Source: Patescibacteria group bacterium
GTDB lineage: Bacteria > Patescibacteriota > UBA1384 > XYA2-FULL-43-10
Direction of reading: 5' to 3'
Length of the DNA: 32,000 nt
NCBI GenBank assembly: GCA_041674405.1
Contig: JBAYVT010000005.1
Coordinates: forward strand, 1-32,000
Shown: positions 17,510-26,027 of the stretch, one piece after another
Layout of the letters: each line of letters begins with the position of its first letter
Numbering within the stretch: the first letter of the stretch is position 1
Notes under the pieces: model-generated
Seen by the model: the letters and a program-made list of their open reading frames with translations, nothing else
Database searches by the model: none
Told to the model about the DNA's origin: nothing
Translations under genes and position numbers: made by a program

Positions 17510-18679
17510 ATGGATGATATCTATCTTGATTCGAGAAATGTTGGCGATGTTGAACCGCCAAAAAAGAAAAAGGGGATACTGACTCGAATTCGAGTTTTTT
17601 TCAAAAATCCTAAAAAAAGGTTAATTTTTATCATAGTTACCGGAATTGTTCTCATCGCTGCCGCAGTTACTGGCTATTATTTTTACATGAAAAATACCAG
17701 CAAGGGAACGGATGGAACAAACCCAATAAATAAAGATTTCCAGGTTGAAAACCCAACATACCAAGCTGTTCTTGATGGAATCATGGTTGCAAACCAAGAG
17801 GCCGCAAGCTTGCATCCTCTGGGCATAATCATTGAAAATCATACGGATGCGCGACCGCAAGCTGGATTGACTTCGGCGAGCATTGTTTATGAGGCCATTG
17901 CCGAAGGAGGCATTACCAGATTTCTTGCCCTGTTTGGTGAAAATGAAGTTGATAAAGCCGGGCCGGTAAGATCTGCCAGAACATATTTCGTTGATTGGGC
18001 ACATGGATACAATGCCTTTCTCGCCCATGTCGGCGGCAACATGGATGCACTCGACAAAATTAAGGCTGAGCATATTCTTGATCTTGACCAGTTTGCTTAT
18101 TCAAAACCTTACTGGCGCGAAAAAGGATTAAGAGTTTCTTCGGAACACACAATGTTTACATCAACGGAAGGGCTAAGGGCACAAGCAAACTCGAATAAAT
18201 ACACGACAGATAATAATTTTAAGGTGTTTAACTTTAAAGATGATCCCAAACCTGATTCTGCGGAATTCACTGCTTTGCCAGCATCACAAACAATTTCGAT
18301 AAATTATGGCAATGCAAATTATAATGCCGCCTTCTCGTATGACAAAGCAACTAATTCATATTTGCGCTCTCAGGCAGGAAAGCCTCACACAGATCGGGTT
18401 ACCGGCAAGCAAATAAACCCAAAAAATGTAATTATTATGACCGTAAACAGAAAATCAACGGTTACCCGGATCAACGAACAAGGATACATCATGGATGTCA
18501 TAGGGGAAGGAAAAGCGCAAATTTTTCTCGATGGCAAAGAAATCGATGGAAAATGGAAAAAAACCTCTGCCTCTGAGCGCGAAATTTTTTATGATTCAGA
18601 AGGAAAAGAAGTAACTTTTAACCGCGGTCAATTTTGGATCAGTATCATTTCCCCGGAACTAAGCGTTAGTGTACAATAA
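17510..18679 (+). CDS. DUF3048 domain-containing membrane-anchored protein (YerB-like)
   Basis: TM near N-terminus; GIIIENHTDARPQAGLTSASIVYEAIAEGGITRFLALF, GPVRSARTYFVDWA, HVGGNMDALD. Confidence 0.85.
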   Translation: MDDIYLDSRNVGDVEPPKKKKGILTRIRVFFKNPKKRLIFIIVTGIVLIAAAVTGYYFYMKNTSKGTDGTNPINKDFQVENPTYQAVLDGIMVANQEAASLHPLGIIIENHTDARPQAGLTSASIVYEAIAEGGITRFLALFGENEVDKAGPVRSARTYFVDWAHGYNAFLAHVGGNMDALDKIKAEHILDLDQFAYSKPYWREKGLRVSSEHTMFTSTEGLRAQANSNKYTTDNNFKVFNFKDDPKPDSAEFTALPASQTISINYGNANYNAAFSYDKATNSYLRSQAGKPHTDRVTGKQINPKNVIIMTVNRKSTVTRINEQGYIMDVIGEGKAQIFLDGKEIDGKWKKTSASEREIFYDSEGKEVTFNRGQFWISIISPELSVSVQ

Positions 18680-18781
18680 TAAATAGCGAAAGAATGTGAT
18701 TTGAGAAATGCGATATGAGGTTAACTAACCAGTAAGCTCATCTCTCAAAACTCATCTCAAAACAATCTTAAGGAGGGTTTT

Positions 18782-20095
18782 ATGGCAAAGATACAAGATA
18801 TAGTTGGCAGAGAAATCCTGGATTCACGAGGTAACCCAACAGTTGCATGCAAGGTCACCCTGGACGATGGAAGCTTCGCAACCGGGTATGTAGCCTCCGG
18901 AGCCTCCACGGGGCAGTTTGAAGCTTTGGAACTTCGTGATGGTGATGAGAGCCGCTATCTGGGTAAGGGTGTACTAAAAGCAGTTTCAAACGTAAATGAG
19001 CTCATAAAACCAGCACTTGTTGGCCTTGAATCGGCCAGCCTTTCTGTTATTGATAAAAAAATGATTGAACTCGATGGCACAAAAAATAAGTCGAAATTAG
19101 GAGCAAATGCCATGCTCTCTGTATCGCTTGCCTCCGCCAAAGCAATTGCAAAAAGCGAGAAGAAAGAGCTCTTCGAATATTTAGCACCCCTGATGAATGA
19201 AAAGGTTGATGATCTTACAATACCAATTCCATTTTTAAATATCTTGAACGGCGGAAAACATGCAATCGGCTCCACAGATTTTCAAGAATTTATGATAGTG
19301 CCAATTAAATTTGAAAAATTCAGACGTGCAATCCAGGCCGGCACTGAAATTTATCATGCCCTTGGTAAAATTCTGGATGAGCGAAGCTACCAACCGCTTG
19401 TCGGAGATGAAGGTGGATTTGCGCCCTCACTTTTTTCCAATGAGCAGGCGATGGAACTTTTGATGATGGCAATAAAAGACGCTGGATACCACGCCGGAGA
19501 AGACGTCTTTATTGCACTGGATCCGGCTGCTTCAAGATTTTATTCAGGAGATATATATCAGCTTCATCGCGAAAATCGCTCCCTGATCAGCTCGGAGATG
19601 ATTGAATTTTACGAAACTTGGATTGAAAAATTTCCAATCATTTCCATTGAAGATGCGCTGGATGAAAATGACTGGGATAATTGGGGAGAATTGACCAAGA
19701 GAATAGGGGATAAGATCGAGCTCATTGGGGATGACCTTTATGCTACAAACAAAGACCTGCTTAAAAAAGGAATTGAACATAATGCTTCAACGGGCATATT
19801 GATTAAGCCAAATCAGATCGGCACGTTGTCTGAAACCATTGAAACTATCGAAATGGCAAAGCAAGCTGGATTTAAAATAATTATTTCTCATCGTTCAGGC
19901 GAAACAGAAGATGCTTTTATTGCAGATTTGTCGGTCGCCGCAAACTGCGGTGCAATAAAATCCGGGGCACCTGCACGCAGCGAGCGCACAGCTAAATACA
20001 ATAGATTGATGGAAATTGAATCTATTTTAGGTGACAAAGCAAAGTATGCTGAGTGGGACTTACTGGAATCAGCAAAGCAAGAAGTTGCGTTCTAA
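18782..20095 (+). CDS. eno: Enolase
   Basis: IQDIVGREILDSRGNPTVACKV, GASTGQFEALELRDGD, SIEDALDENDWDNW, GDDLYATN, IKPNQIGTLSET, SHRSGETED. Confidence 0.97.
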   Translation: MAKIQDIVGREILDSRGNPTVACKVTLDDGSFATGYVASGASTGQFEALELRDGDESRYLGKGVLKAVSNVNELIKPALVGLESASLSVIDKKMIELDGTKNKSKLGANAMLSVSLASAKAIAKSEKKELFEYLAPLMNEKVDDLTIPIPFLNILNGGKHAIGSTDFQEFMIVPIKFEKFRRAIQAGTEIYHALGKILDERSYQPLVGDEGGFAPSLFSNEQAMELLMMAIKDAGYHAGEDVFIALDPAASRFYSGDIYQLHRENRSLISSEMIEFYETWIEKFPIISIEDALDENDWDNWGELTKRIGDKIELIGDDLYATNKDLLKKGIEHNASTGILIKPNQIGTLSETIETIEMAKQAGFKIIISHRSGETEDAFIADLSVAANCGAIKSGAPARSERTAKYNRLMEIESILGDKAKYAEWDLLESAKQEVAF

Positions 20096-20103
20096 ATAAC
20101 TAC

Positions 20104-20139
20104 AAAGAAAAAACCCCGAGTAATCGGGGTTTTTTCTTT
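20104..20139. terminator. Bidirectional terminator between convergent eno and transglycosylase genes
   Basis: Perfect 16-bp arms AAAGAAAAAACCCCGA / TCGGGGTTTTTTCTTT, GTAA loop. Confidence 0.92.
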
Positions 20140-20149
20140 TTTTGTTTAT

Positions 20150-20806
20150 TTACAGGCTATTCACAATTGACATAACCTTGTTGTAATAAGACGTTGAAGG
20201 ATTATATCCCCACAAAGCCTTTTTCACATTAGGGTAACCACAAGCCTTAAGGTAAGCAGCAGCAGAGTAAATTGCGTCTTCCACATTGTGGATATCAGCT
20301 ATTCCATCGCCGTTACCATCTACGCCATGTCTACGAAAAGTAGAAGGCAAGAACTGCATCGGGCCGGTAGCACCTGAAGGGTTACTCTTAAAAGTCGATC
20401 CAGAGCATCCGGTTTCGACATAGTGGATGGCATTTAAAAGCCTCCAGTCTACGCCGTAAATAGCCTCAGCTCTTTTGTATATGGACACGAAGTCCGAAGG
20501 GTCAACATAGGTGATTCTGGTACCGCGGGAGACAGTCTGTCTCGCTTTGGCAGTGGCTTCAGCCTTAGCCTTAGCTTCGGCTTCAGCAGTCTCACGAGCC
20601 TGTCTTTGTACCATAGATTCACCAGGAGTAATTTCCGGTTTGTTTTCATTGATAGCCAAAATTTTGTGTGATGAGGTATCGAGTTTGATCCCGATTTCCT
20701 GTTTGTTGATAGTTCCGTTGTCAGCCTTTGCAACTCCGAAGGAGGCGACGGCGACAAGCAGAACAGCTATGAACATAGTGGCATTTATAGACGCCGATAT
20801 GCTCAT
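20150..20806 (-). CDS. Secreted/membrane lytic transglycosylase (SLT domain)
   Basis: MSISASINATMFIAVLLVAVASFGVAKA signal; IYKRAEAIYGVDWRLLNAIHYVETGCSG, SGATGPMQFLPSTFRRHG, AAAYLKACG, ALWGYNPSTSYYNKVM. ORF open from 20848. Confidence 0.9.
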   Translation of the reverse strand: MSISASINATMFIAVLLVAVASFGVAKADNGTINKQEIGIKLDTSSHKILAINENKPEITPGESMVQRQARETAEAEAKAKAEATAKARQTVSRGTRITYVDPSDFVSIYKRAEAIYGVDWRLLNAIHYVETGCSGSTFKSNPSGATGPMQFLPSTFRRHGVDGNGDGIADIHNVEDAIYSAAAYLKACGYPNVKKALWGYNPSTSYYNKVMSIVNSL

Positions 20807-20940
20807 ATGATCATTAGTATTCTTCTTACGAAGAAGCATTAGTTTCACTGGAAGTTCGGCTTGGCGAGGGTCGTGGAAATAAGCCTTGGTCCAGATACCA
20901 TTTTAATTAAAAAATCTCACGAATTCGCGAGACGATATAT

Positions 20941-20969
20941 ATCTTAGCATATACTACTAATCTTGTCAA
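20941..20969 (-). promoter_or_regulatory. Promoter of the transglycosylase gene
   Basis: On - strand TTGACA (20964-20969) and TGC-TAAGAT (-10 at 20941-20946), 19-bp spacer with TG extension. Confidence 0.5.
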
Positions 20970-21023
20970 GGGGTAAAATCGGCCAAAATGAAGCTAAAAT
21001 CAGGAGAAAATTCCTCACAAAAG

Positions 21024-21051
21024 AGAAAACCGGTCGCGTAATACGACCGGT
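21024..21051 (-). terminator. Terminator of the 21092-21325 gene
   Basis: ACCGGTCG/CGACCGGT 8-bp stem with loop; - strand continues TTTTCTCTTTTG. Confidence 0.65.
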
Positions 21052-21091
21052 CCCGGTTTTCCCTTCATTTTTCGGATAAGAATGCTGCCAG

Positions 21092-21325
21092 CTAGCGACA
21101 TGCTGGGCACTTCACTGACGACTCCAGCACCTCGACAATCGTGTCCAGAAACATCGACTGAAGCTGGCGCAACCCCTCCTGTGTTTCAAGGAGATCTCGT
21201 ACCGACCTCGTTACTCGGTGGCCACACCTCGTGTAGAGCACCGTCGTCTCCTCGCCGAAGCGATCAAGAATCTCTCGCCTCGTAACAGACTCCCGTTCTC
21301 TCGCTTTCGTTTCTTCTCTCTGCAT
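21092..21325 (-). CDS. Small GC-rich hypothetical protein, possible single Zn-binding site
   Basis: 77 aa MQREETKARERESVTRREILDRFGEETTVLYTRCGHRVTRS...KCPACR; SD AAGGGGGG; own promoter and terminator. Confidence 0.6.
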   Translation of the reverse strand: MQREETKARERESVTRREILDRFGEETTVLYTRCGHRVTRSVRDLLETQEGLRQLQSMFLDTIVEVLESSVKCPACR

Positions 21326-21351
21326 AATATTCCCCCCTTTCAGGCAACCAC

Positions 21352-21380
21352 ACATTAGCACCATTATGTAAGCACATCAA
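21352..21380 (-). promoter_or_regulatory. Promoter for the 21092-21325 gene
   Basis: On - strand TTGATG (21375-21380), 17-bp spacer, TGC-TAATGT (-10 21352-21357). Confidence 0.6.
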
Positions 21381-21403
21381 CACCAATTCAACTGGTTAGG
21401 TAT

Positions 21404-21411
21404 GCTATAAT
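21404..21411 (+). promoter_or_regulatory. Extended -10 element for the 21418 gene
   Basis: TATGCTATAAT (TATAAT 21406-21411), 6 nt before ATG 21418. Confidence 0.6.
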
Positions 21412-21417
21412 GCGCAT

Positions 21418-21852
21418 ATGAGAGACAATGACTGGCTTGAGGCTAAATTGGATTACATGATCAAAAAACATTTTCCGGATGTTAATTTCAAAAACCCTGT
21501 GTTTATTCATTTTGGAAGATGTGCAAGAACACGGCTCGGCAGCATAAAAAAGGTCTATCCAAAATCGCTTGTAGCCAAACTGAAGGGCAATTTCTCGAGC
21601 GTAATTACTATGAATGGGCATTTTCGAGATGAAAATATTCCGGAATACAATATAGACGCGGTTATTGCTCATGAGCTTTGCCATTATGCACACGGGTTTT
21701 CCTCTCCGCTGCCACAGATGACTACCCATCCACATCGTGGCGGTATAGTTGATAAAGAAATGGTCAAACGTGGATTTGGAGATACCCTCAAAAAACAGAA
21801 GAAGTGGTTTAAAGAAAATTGGATCAGTTATCTAAAAACTAATAACCCCTAA
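21418..21852 (+). CDS. SprT-like zinc metallopeptidase domain protein
   Basis: 144 aa with HELCHYAHG (HExxH) and preceding small beta-rich region. Confidence 0.6.
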   Translation: MRDNDWLEAKLDYMIKKHFPDVNFKNPVFIHFGRCARTRLGSIKKVYPKSLVAKLKGNFSSVITMNGHFRDENIPEYNIDAVIAHELCHYAHGFSSPLPQMTTHPHRGGIVDKEMVKRGFGDTLKKQKKWFKENWISYLKTNNP

Positions 21853-21868
21853 GGGGCCTCTTTGAGGC
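21846..21868. repeat. Paired mini-hairpin element, copy B
   Basis: CCCC-TAA-GGGG then GCCTC-TTT-GAGGC; flanked by CTAATAACC on both sides. Confidence 0.6.
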
Positions 21869-21889
21869 TAATAACCTAAGGAAAAATTT

Positions 21890-22234
21890 ATGCCCGAAGA
21901 TTGTATTTTTTGTAAAATTGCGAAAAAAGAGATTCCAACCGAGATTGTATTTGAAGATGAAGACTTTATTGCTTTTAAAGATGTCAAGCCGAAAGCCCCA
22001 ATTCATGTCATCTTAATTCCCAAAATGCACATTGGGCCGCATTTTTCGGTCTCTGAGGAGCATGGTGAACTTTTGGGTAAGATGATGATTGCGGCTGCCG
22101 AGATTGCCAGAATAGTCGGGGTTGATAGATCCGGCTATAGGCTAGTCATGAATTCTGGGCCAGATTCAGGAATGGAAATTGATCATCTGCACATGCACAT
22201 TTTGGGCGGTGGGCAACTTGGCCCGATCGCCTAG
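21890..22234 (+). CDS. HIT family (HinT-like) protein
   Basis: DCIFCKIAKKEIPTEIVFEDEDFIAFKDVKPKAPIHVILIPK and HLHMHILGG. Confidence 0.95.
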   Translation: MPEDCIFCKIAKKEIPTEIVFEDEDFIAFKDVKPKAPIHVILIPKMHIGPHFSVSEEHGELLGKMMIAAAEIARIVGVDRSGYRLVMNSGPDSGMEIDHLHMHILGGGQLGPIA

Positions 22235-22254
22235 GTTGTAAAACAACCTATTTT
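22232..22254 (+). terminator. Terminator after HIT gene
   Basis: TAGGTTGT aaa ACAACCTA followed by TTTT. Confidence 0.6.
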
Positions 22255-22314
22255 CTGTTATAGTAATTTTGTTTTATTCTAGCTCATTCTCAAATAGTTA
22301 AATTCAATATTTTT

Positions 22315-22342
22315 GAGATTTGAAATTTGAGATTTGAAATTT
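22315..22342. repeat. Tandem 14-bp duplication upstream of rpsU
   Basis: GAGATTTGAAATTT x2, perfect. Confidence 0.85.
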
Positions 22343-22362
22343 CTTGAGAGGTGGTGATATTT

Positions 22363-22557
22363 TTGATCGAGGTTAAAAGAAAGAACGAAGAGCGATTTGA
22401 TGTTATGCTTCGAAGATTCAACCGCGAAGTTCAGCAAAGTGGTATTCTTTCTGTTGCAAAAGAAAAAAGATACTTCAAGAAAGAAGATAATCGCGGAAAA
22501 ATTCGAAAATCAGCAATTCGTAAACGATATATTCAATCCCTGAAGCGCGGATATTAA
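22363..22557 (+). CDS. rpsU: 30S ribosomal protein bS21
   Basis: (M)IEVKRKNEERFDVMLRRFNREVQQSGILSVAKEKRYFKK; TTG at 22363 gives the canonical N-terminus; in-frame GTG at 22351 is an alternative. Confidence 0.9.
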   Translation: MIEVKRKNEERFDVMLRRFNREVQQSGILSVAKEKRYFKKEDNRGKIRKSAIRKRYIQSLKRGY

Positions 22558-22573
22558 TTTTACAAGGACTAAT

Positions 22574-23002
22574 ATGGCCTTAAGCGAGCAAATAAATACC
22601 GATTTTATCGCTGCCTATAAAGATAAAGATGAAGCTAAATCATCCGTTTTAAGAATGCTTAAAAGCTCAATTAAAAACGAGGAAATAGCCCAAAAAACCA
22701 GCCTAAGCGATGATGATGTAATTAAGATTATCCAACGTGAAATCAAGCAGAGAAATGATTCAATAGCAGAATACGACAAGGGAGGAAGGCCTGATCTTTC
22801 AGAGAAAGAAAAGGCAGAAATCGACATTTTGAACAAGTATTTACCAACCCAGCTTTCTGATGATGAGATCGAAGCGATAGTTAGAAAAGTTGCCGAAAAC
22901 GAGAGCGACTTCGGTAAAATTATGGGCGCCGTGATGCCTCAAGTAGCAGGCAAGGCTGACGGTAATCGTGTCTCTGCTGTTGTTCGCAAAGTTCTCAAGT
23001 AA
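22574..23002 (+). CDS. yqeY: YqeY/GatB-related domain protein
   Basis: KDEAKSSVLRMLKSSIKNEE, DDDVIKIIQREIKQRNDSIAEYDKGGR, EIDILNKYLPTQLSDDEI, IMGAVMPQVAGKADGNRVSAVV. Confidence 0.92.
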   Translation: MALSEQINTDFIAAYKDKDEAKSSVLRMLKSSIKNEEIAQKTSLSDDDVIKIIQREIKQRNDSIAEYDKGGRPDLSEKEKAEIDILNKYLPTQLSDDEIEAIVRKVAENESDFGKIMGAVMPQVAGKADGNRVSAVVRKVLK

Positions 23003-23923
23003 ATGAAAAAAATAAAAATAGAAATTAAATATCTTGCTGTTTTTTCCATGCTTCTTGCGTGCGTGTTTTTTGTTTCTTTTTTAATTGTTAACTCGATTAA
23101 TAATTATTTTGATTCCCTGGCCGTAAGAATACTTCTGATGGCGATTCTCGCAATTGTATTTTCTGTGATAATTTCATACGGCCTCTCAATACTTTCGACT
23201 ACGGTTAAAGACGCAATGATCACATTGCGCCGGATGCTAACCGTTCAAAACTTATCCAATCCTCTCCTTATGAAGCTTGCGGAAAAAGCACCTGGCACAT
23301 ACCACCATTCCATGAACGTCTCAAATATCGCACAAAATGCCGCTAGAAAAATCGGCGCTAATTCGCTTCTTGTACGCACAGCATCGTATTATCATGACAT
23401 CGGCAAGCTCAAAGACCCAGGGACCTTTATTGAGAACCAATCTCACAATGAAATCCCTCAAGATGAAAATGCAGAGTATATTCGTAACATCGCAAAAAGA
23501 ATTATCTCTCACGTCACAGAAGGCATTAAGGTTGCAAAAGACAATTCACTTCCTGAAGAAATCATCGATCTCATCGCCGAACACCATGGCACCACCCGGG
23601 TCTTGTACTGCTTTGAAAAAGCAAAAGAGCGGGGCCTTAAAATCAAGCGAACTGATTTTCGCTATCCCGGTCCGGTTCCTCAGTCGCCAGAATCGGTAAT
23701 CTTAATGTTGGCTGATTGTGTCGAAGCCGCAGCCAGGGCTTCAGAAAATTTATCACATGCAACAATCAAAAAAATAGTTGAATCTACAATCGAAGAAAAA
23801 CTTGCTGAGAAACAAATTGGTAGAGCAAACATCTCCGAAACAAACCTTGCAAAAATTAAAAATTCTTTAATTGAATCACTAGATGCAATATACCACCAAA
23901 GAATAAAACTGGAACAAGAATGA
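23003..23923 (+). CDS. Short membrane HD-domain hydrolase (PgpH/YqfF-like)
   Basis: TM segments then EKAPGTYHHSMNVSNIAQNAA, YYHDIGK, ISHVTEGIKVAK, IAEHHGTTRVLY, PESVILMLADCVEAAAR. Confidence 0.85.
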   Translation: MKKIKIEIKYLAVFSMLLACVFFVSFLIVNSINNYFDSLAVRILLMAILAIVFSVIISYGLSILSTTVKDAMITLRRMLTVQNLSNPLLMKLAEKAPGTYHHSMNVSNIAQNAARKIGANSLLVRTASYYHDIGKLKDPGTFIENQSHNEIPQDENAEYIRNIAKRIISHVTEGIKVAKDNSLPEEIIDLIAEHHGTTRVLYCFEKAKERGLKIKRTDFRYPGPVPQSPESVILMLADCVEAAARASENLSHATIKKIVESTIEEKLAEKQIGRANISETNLAKIKNSLIESLDAIYHQRIKLEQE

Positions 23924-24297
23924 AAGTCGAAATCATTGGCAAGGGAGGCCTAGAAAATAAAGAGATTGTTGAATTTATTGATGATATCTCTAAAAAAATT
24001 GGAATCGCCACAACCGACGCAATACTCGAAATTGTGTTCGTGTCAGAAGATGAAATACGGAAGTTAAATTCAACTTTTCGAAAAATTAATAAAGAAACTG
24101 ATGTATTGTCTTTTCCGCAGATTTCAATCAATGGAAATATTCCGATATTTGGATCGATTGTTATTTGCGAAAAAATCGGTAAAGATAGGGGAGAGACCAC
24201 AGAAGAACTACTTTCACATGGTTTCCTTCATCTTACTGGATACGACCACGAAACAAATCAAAGTAAGTGGGATGAAATAGAGGCAAAAATTACATGA
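23920..24297 (+). CDS. ybeY: Endoribonuclease/rRNA maturation factor YbeY
   Basis: LNSTFRKINKETDVLSFPQ, GSIVICEKIG, HGFLHLTGYDHE. Confidence 0.93.
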   Translation: MKVEIIGKGGLENKEIVEFIDDISKKIGIATTDAILEIVFVSEDEIRKLNSTFRKINKETDVLSFPQISINGNIPIFGSIVICEKIGKDRGETTEELLSHGFLHLTGYDHETNQSKWDEIEAKIT

Positions 24298-24668
24298 AAA
24301 GATTTGATTTTAAAAAATTTATTCGAAGTTTTCACTATGCGTTTCGGGGCGTAATCAGACTGCTTCTTACCGAACAAAATGCACGGATACACCTGACGCT
24401 CACCATTGTTGCTGGGATTCTCGCATATTTATTTGGCATCACCAGAGTAGAAGCGGCAATTTTATTTATCGCCGTAATTATGGTCTTTGCCATGGAAATC
24501 ATCAACACATCGTTTGAAAAGCTGTGCGATTTAATAGACCAAAACCATAATCCTATTATTGCTAGAGTAAAAGACGGCATGGCCGGCGCAGTATTGATTG
24601 CTTCAGTTATTGCCGCAGTAGTTGCCTTTATTATTTTTGTACCGTACCTAAGAGATATTGTTCACTAA
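24294..24668 (+). CDS. dgkA: Diacylglycerol/undecaprenol kinase
   Basis: SFHYAFRGVIRLLLTEQNARIHLTLTI, EIINTSFEKLCD, ARVKDGMAGAVLIASVIAAVVAFIIF. Confidence 0.92.
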   Translation: MKRFDFKKFIRSFHYAFRGVIRLLLTEQNARIHLTLTIVAGILAYLFGITRVEAAILFIAVIMVFAMEIINTSFEKLCDLIDQNHNPIIARVKDGMAGAVLIASVIAAVVAFIIFVPYLRDIVH

Positions 24669-24766
24669 ATGCCTTGCACAGAATTTGGCTATGAGGTAGA
24701 CTTTAACTGATAGCATTTCGCTGGTTTTGTATATTCAATTATAAAATTGATTTGGAGAGGGAGTTT

Positions 24767-25996
24767 ATGGCTAGAGAAAATATATCTGTCGGACTAGATA
24801 TAGGCAGCACTAAAGTTACAACATGTGTCGGAAAATTTGAAGATAATGGTGTCGATATTATCGGAATCGGAAAAGCGCCAAATCAGGGTATGAGAAAAGG
24901 GGCAATAGTCGATATCGAAGAGACAGTCTCAGCTATATCCGCATCACTCGAAGAAGCTGAGCGCATGGCTGGAATGCCAATTACTTCTGCGGTCATCGGT
25001 ATAGACGGAGCCCATATCGAGTCTGAAGATAGCAAGGGAGTCATAGCTGTTTCGCGTGCTGATGGCGAAATAACCGAGACGGATATCGAGAGGGTGATCG
25101 AAGCTGCACGAGCTATTCCAAATAAACCAAATAGAGAAGTCCTGCATGTTATTCCAAAAACTTACATAATCGATGGCCGAGACGGGGTTAAAGATCCGAT
25201 TGGGATGCAAGGCATCAGGCTTGAGCTCGACGCACACATTATCTCCACCTCAACAAATGCAATTAAGAGCACGATAAAGTGTGTGGAACAATCCGGTCTC
25301 ACACCGGTTGAAGTGGTTTTTTCACCTCTTGCAACCTCCAAATTACTTCTTTCGAAGCGCCAAATGGAAATTGGCGTCGTTCTTATCGATATCGGTTCAG
25401 CCGGTACATCATATGCCGTTTTCGAAGAGGGTGATTTGATATCCTGTGGCGTAATTCCTATTGGCTCGTCTCATATTACAAATGACGTTGCTATCGGTCT
25501 TCGCACAAGTTTGGATGTAGCGGAACTTCTTAAAATCAAACACGGCTATGCTCTTCCTGACAAAGTTGCCGAAAAAGAAGAAGTCCGGCTGTCGACTTTT
25601 GACAAAAAAGACGAGGGAGTTGCTTCTGTTAGATATGTCTCCGAAATCATCGAGGCAAGGTTAAATGAAATATTGCAGATTGTTCAAGATAAGCTCAAGG
25701 TTATCGGCAGAGACGGCACTCTTCCAGCTGGAGTAATACTAACAGGCGGCGGCGCGAAAATCGAAGGATTGGTTGAGCTTACGAAGGAAACATTGCGTCT
25801 GCCGGCACAGATCGGAACCCCACTTCCTGAGATCAAAGGACTTGTTGACAAGCTAGATGATCCAGTATATGCTACAAGCGTAGGTTTGATGCTGTGGGGG
25901 CAAGGAAGCGGACATACGCGCGTTTTTGCTGACACACATAACATGTCGGGAGCTCTTAAAAGAGCCCGAGATTTTCTGAAACAATTTCTTCCATAA
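24767..25996 (+). CDS. ftsA: Cell division protein FtsA
   Basis: ISVGLDIGSTKVTTCVGKF, AVIGIDGAHIESEDSKG, VLIDIGSAGTSYAVFE, GGGAKIEGLVEL; SD GGAGAGGG before ATG 24767. Confidence 0.95.
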   Translation: MARENISVGLDIGSTKVTTCVGKFEDNGVDIIGIGKAPNQGMRKGAIVDIEETVSAISASLEEAERMAGMPITSAVIGIDGAHIESEDSKGVIAVSRADGEITETDIERVIEAARAIPNKPNREVLHVIPKTYIIDGRDGVKDPIGMQGIRLELDAHIISTSTNAIKSTIKCVEQSGLTPVEVVFSPLATSKLLLSKRQMEIGVVLIDIGSAGTSYAVFEEGDLISCGVIPIGSSHITNDVAIGLRTSLDVAELLKIKHGYALPDKVAEKEEVRLSTFDKKDEGVASVRYVSEIIEARLNEILQIVQDKLKVIGRDGTLPAGVILTGGGAKIEGLVELTKETLRLPAQIGTPLPEIKGLVDKLDDPVYATSVGLMLWGQGSGHTRVFADTHNMSGALKRARDFLKQFLP

Positions 25997-26027
25997 TTAA
26001 TAACGGATGGGGTAAGAAAGAGGCGCA

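Noticed and set aside
20449-20757. - strand 102-aa ORF and + strand ORF 20511-20810
   Set aside because: Overlap the transglycosylase gene in other frames; composition is a frame shadow of the Ala/Lys/Glu-rich segment.
21388-21735. 115-aa - strand ORF opposite the SprT-like gene
   Set aside because: Antisense to a HExxH-containing ORF that has a clear promoter.
22290-22345. GAGATTTGAAATTT tandem repeat as a CRISPR or mobile-element remnant
   Set aside because: Only two adjacent 14-bp units with no spacers; simple AT-rich intergenic duplication.
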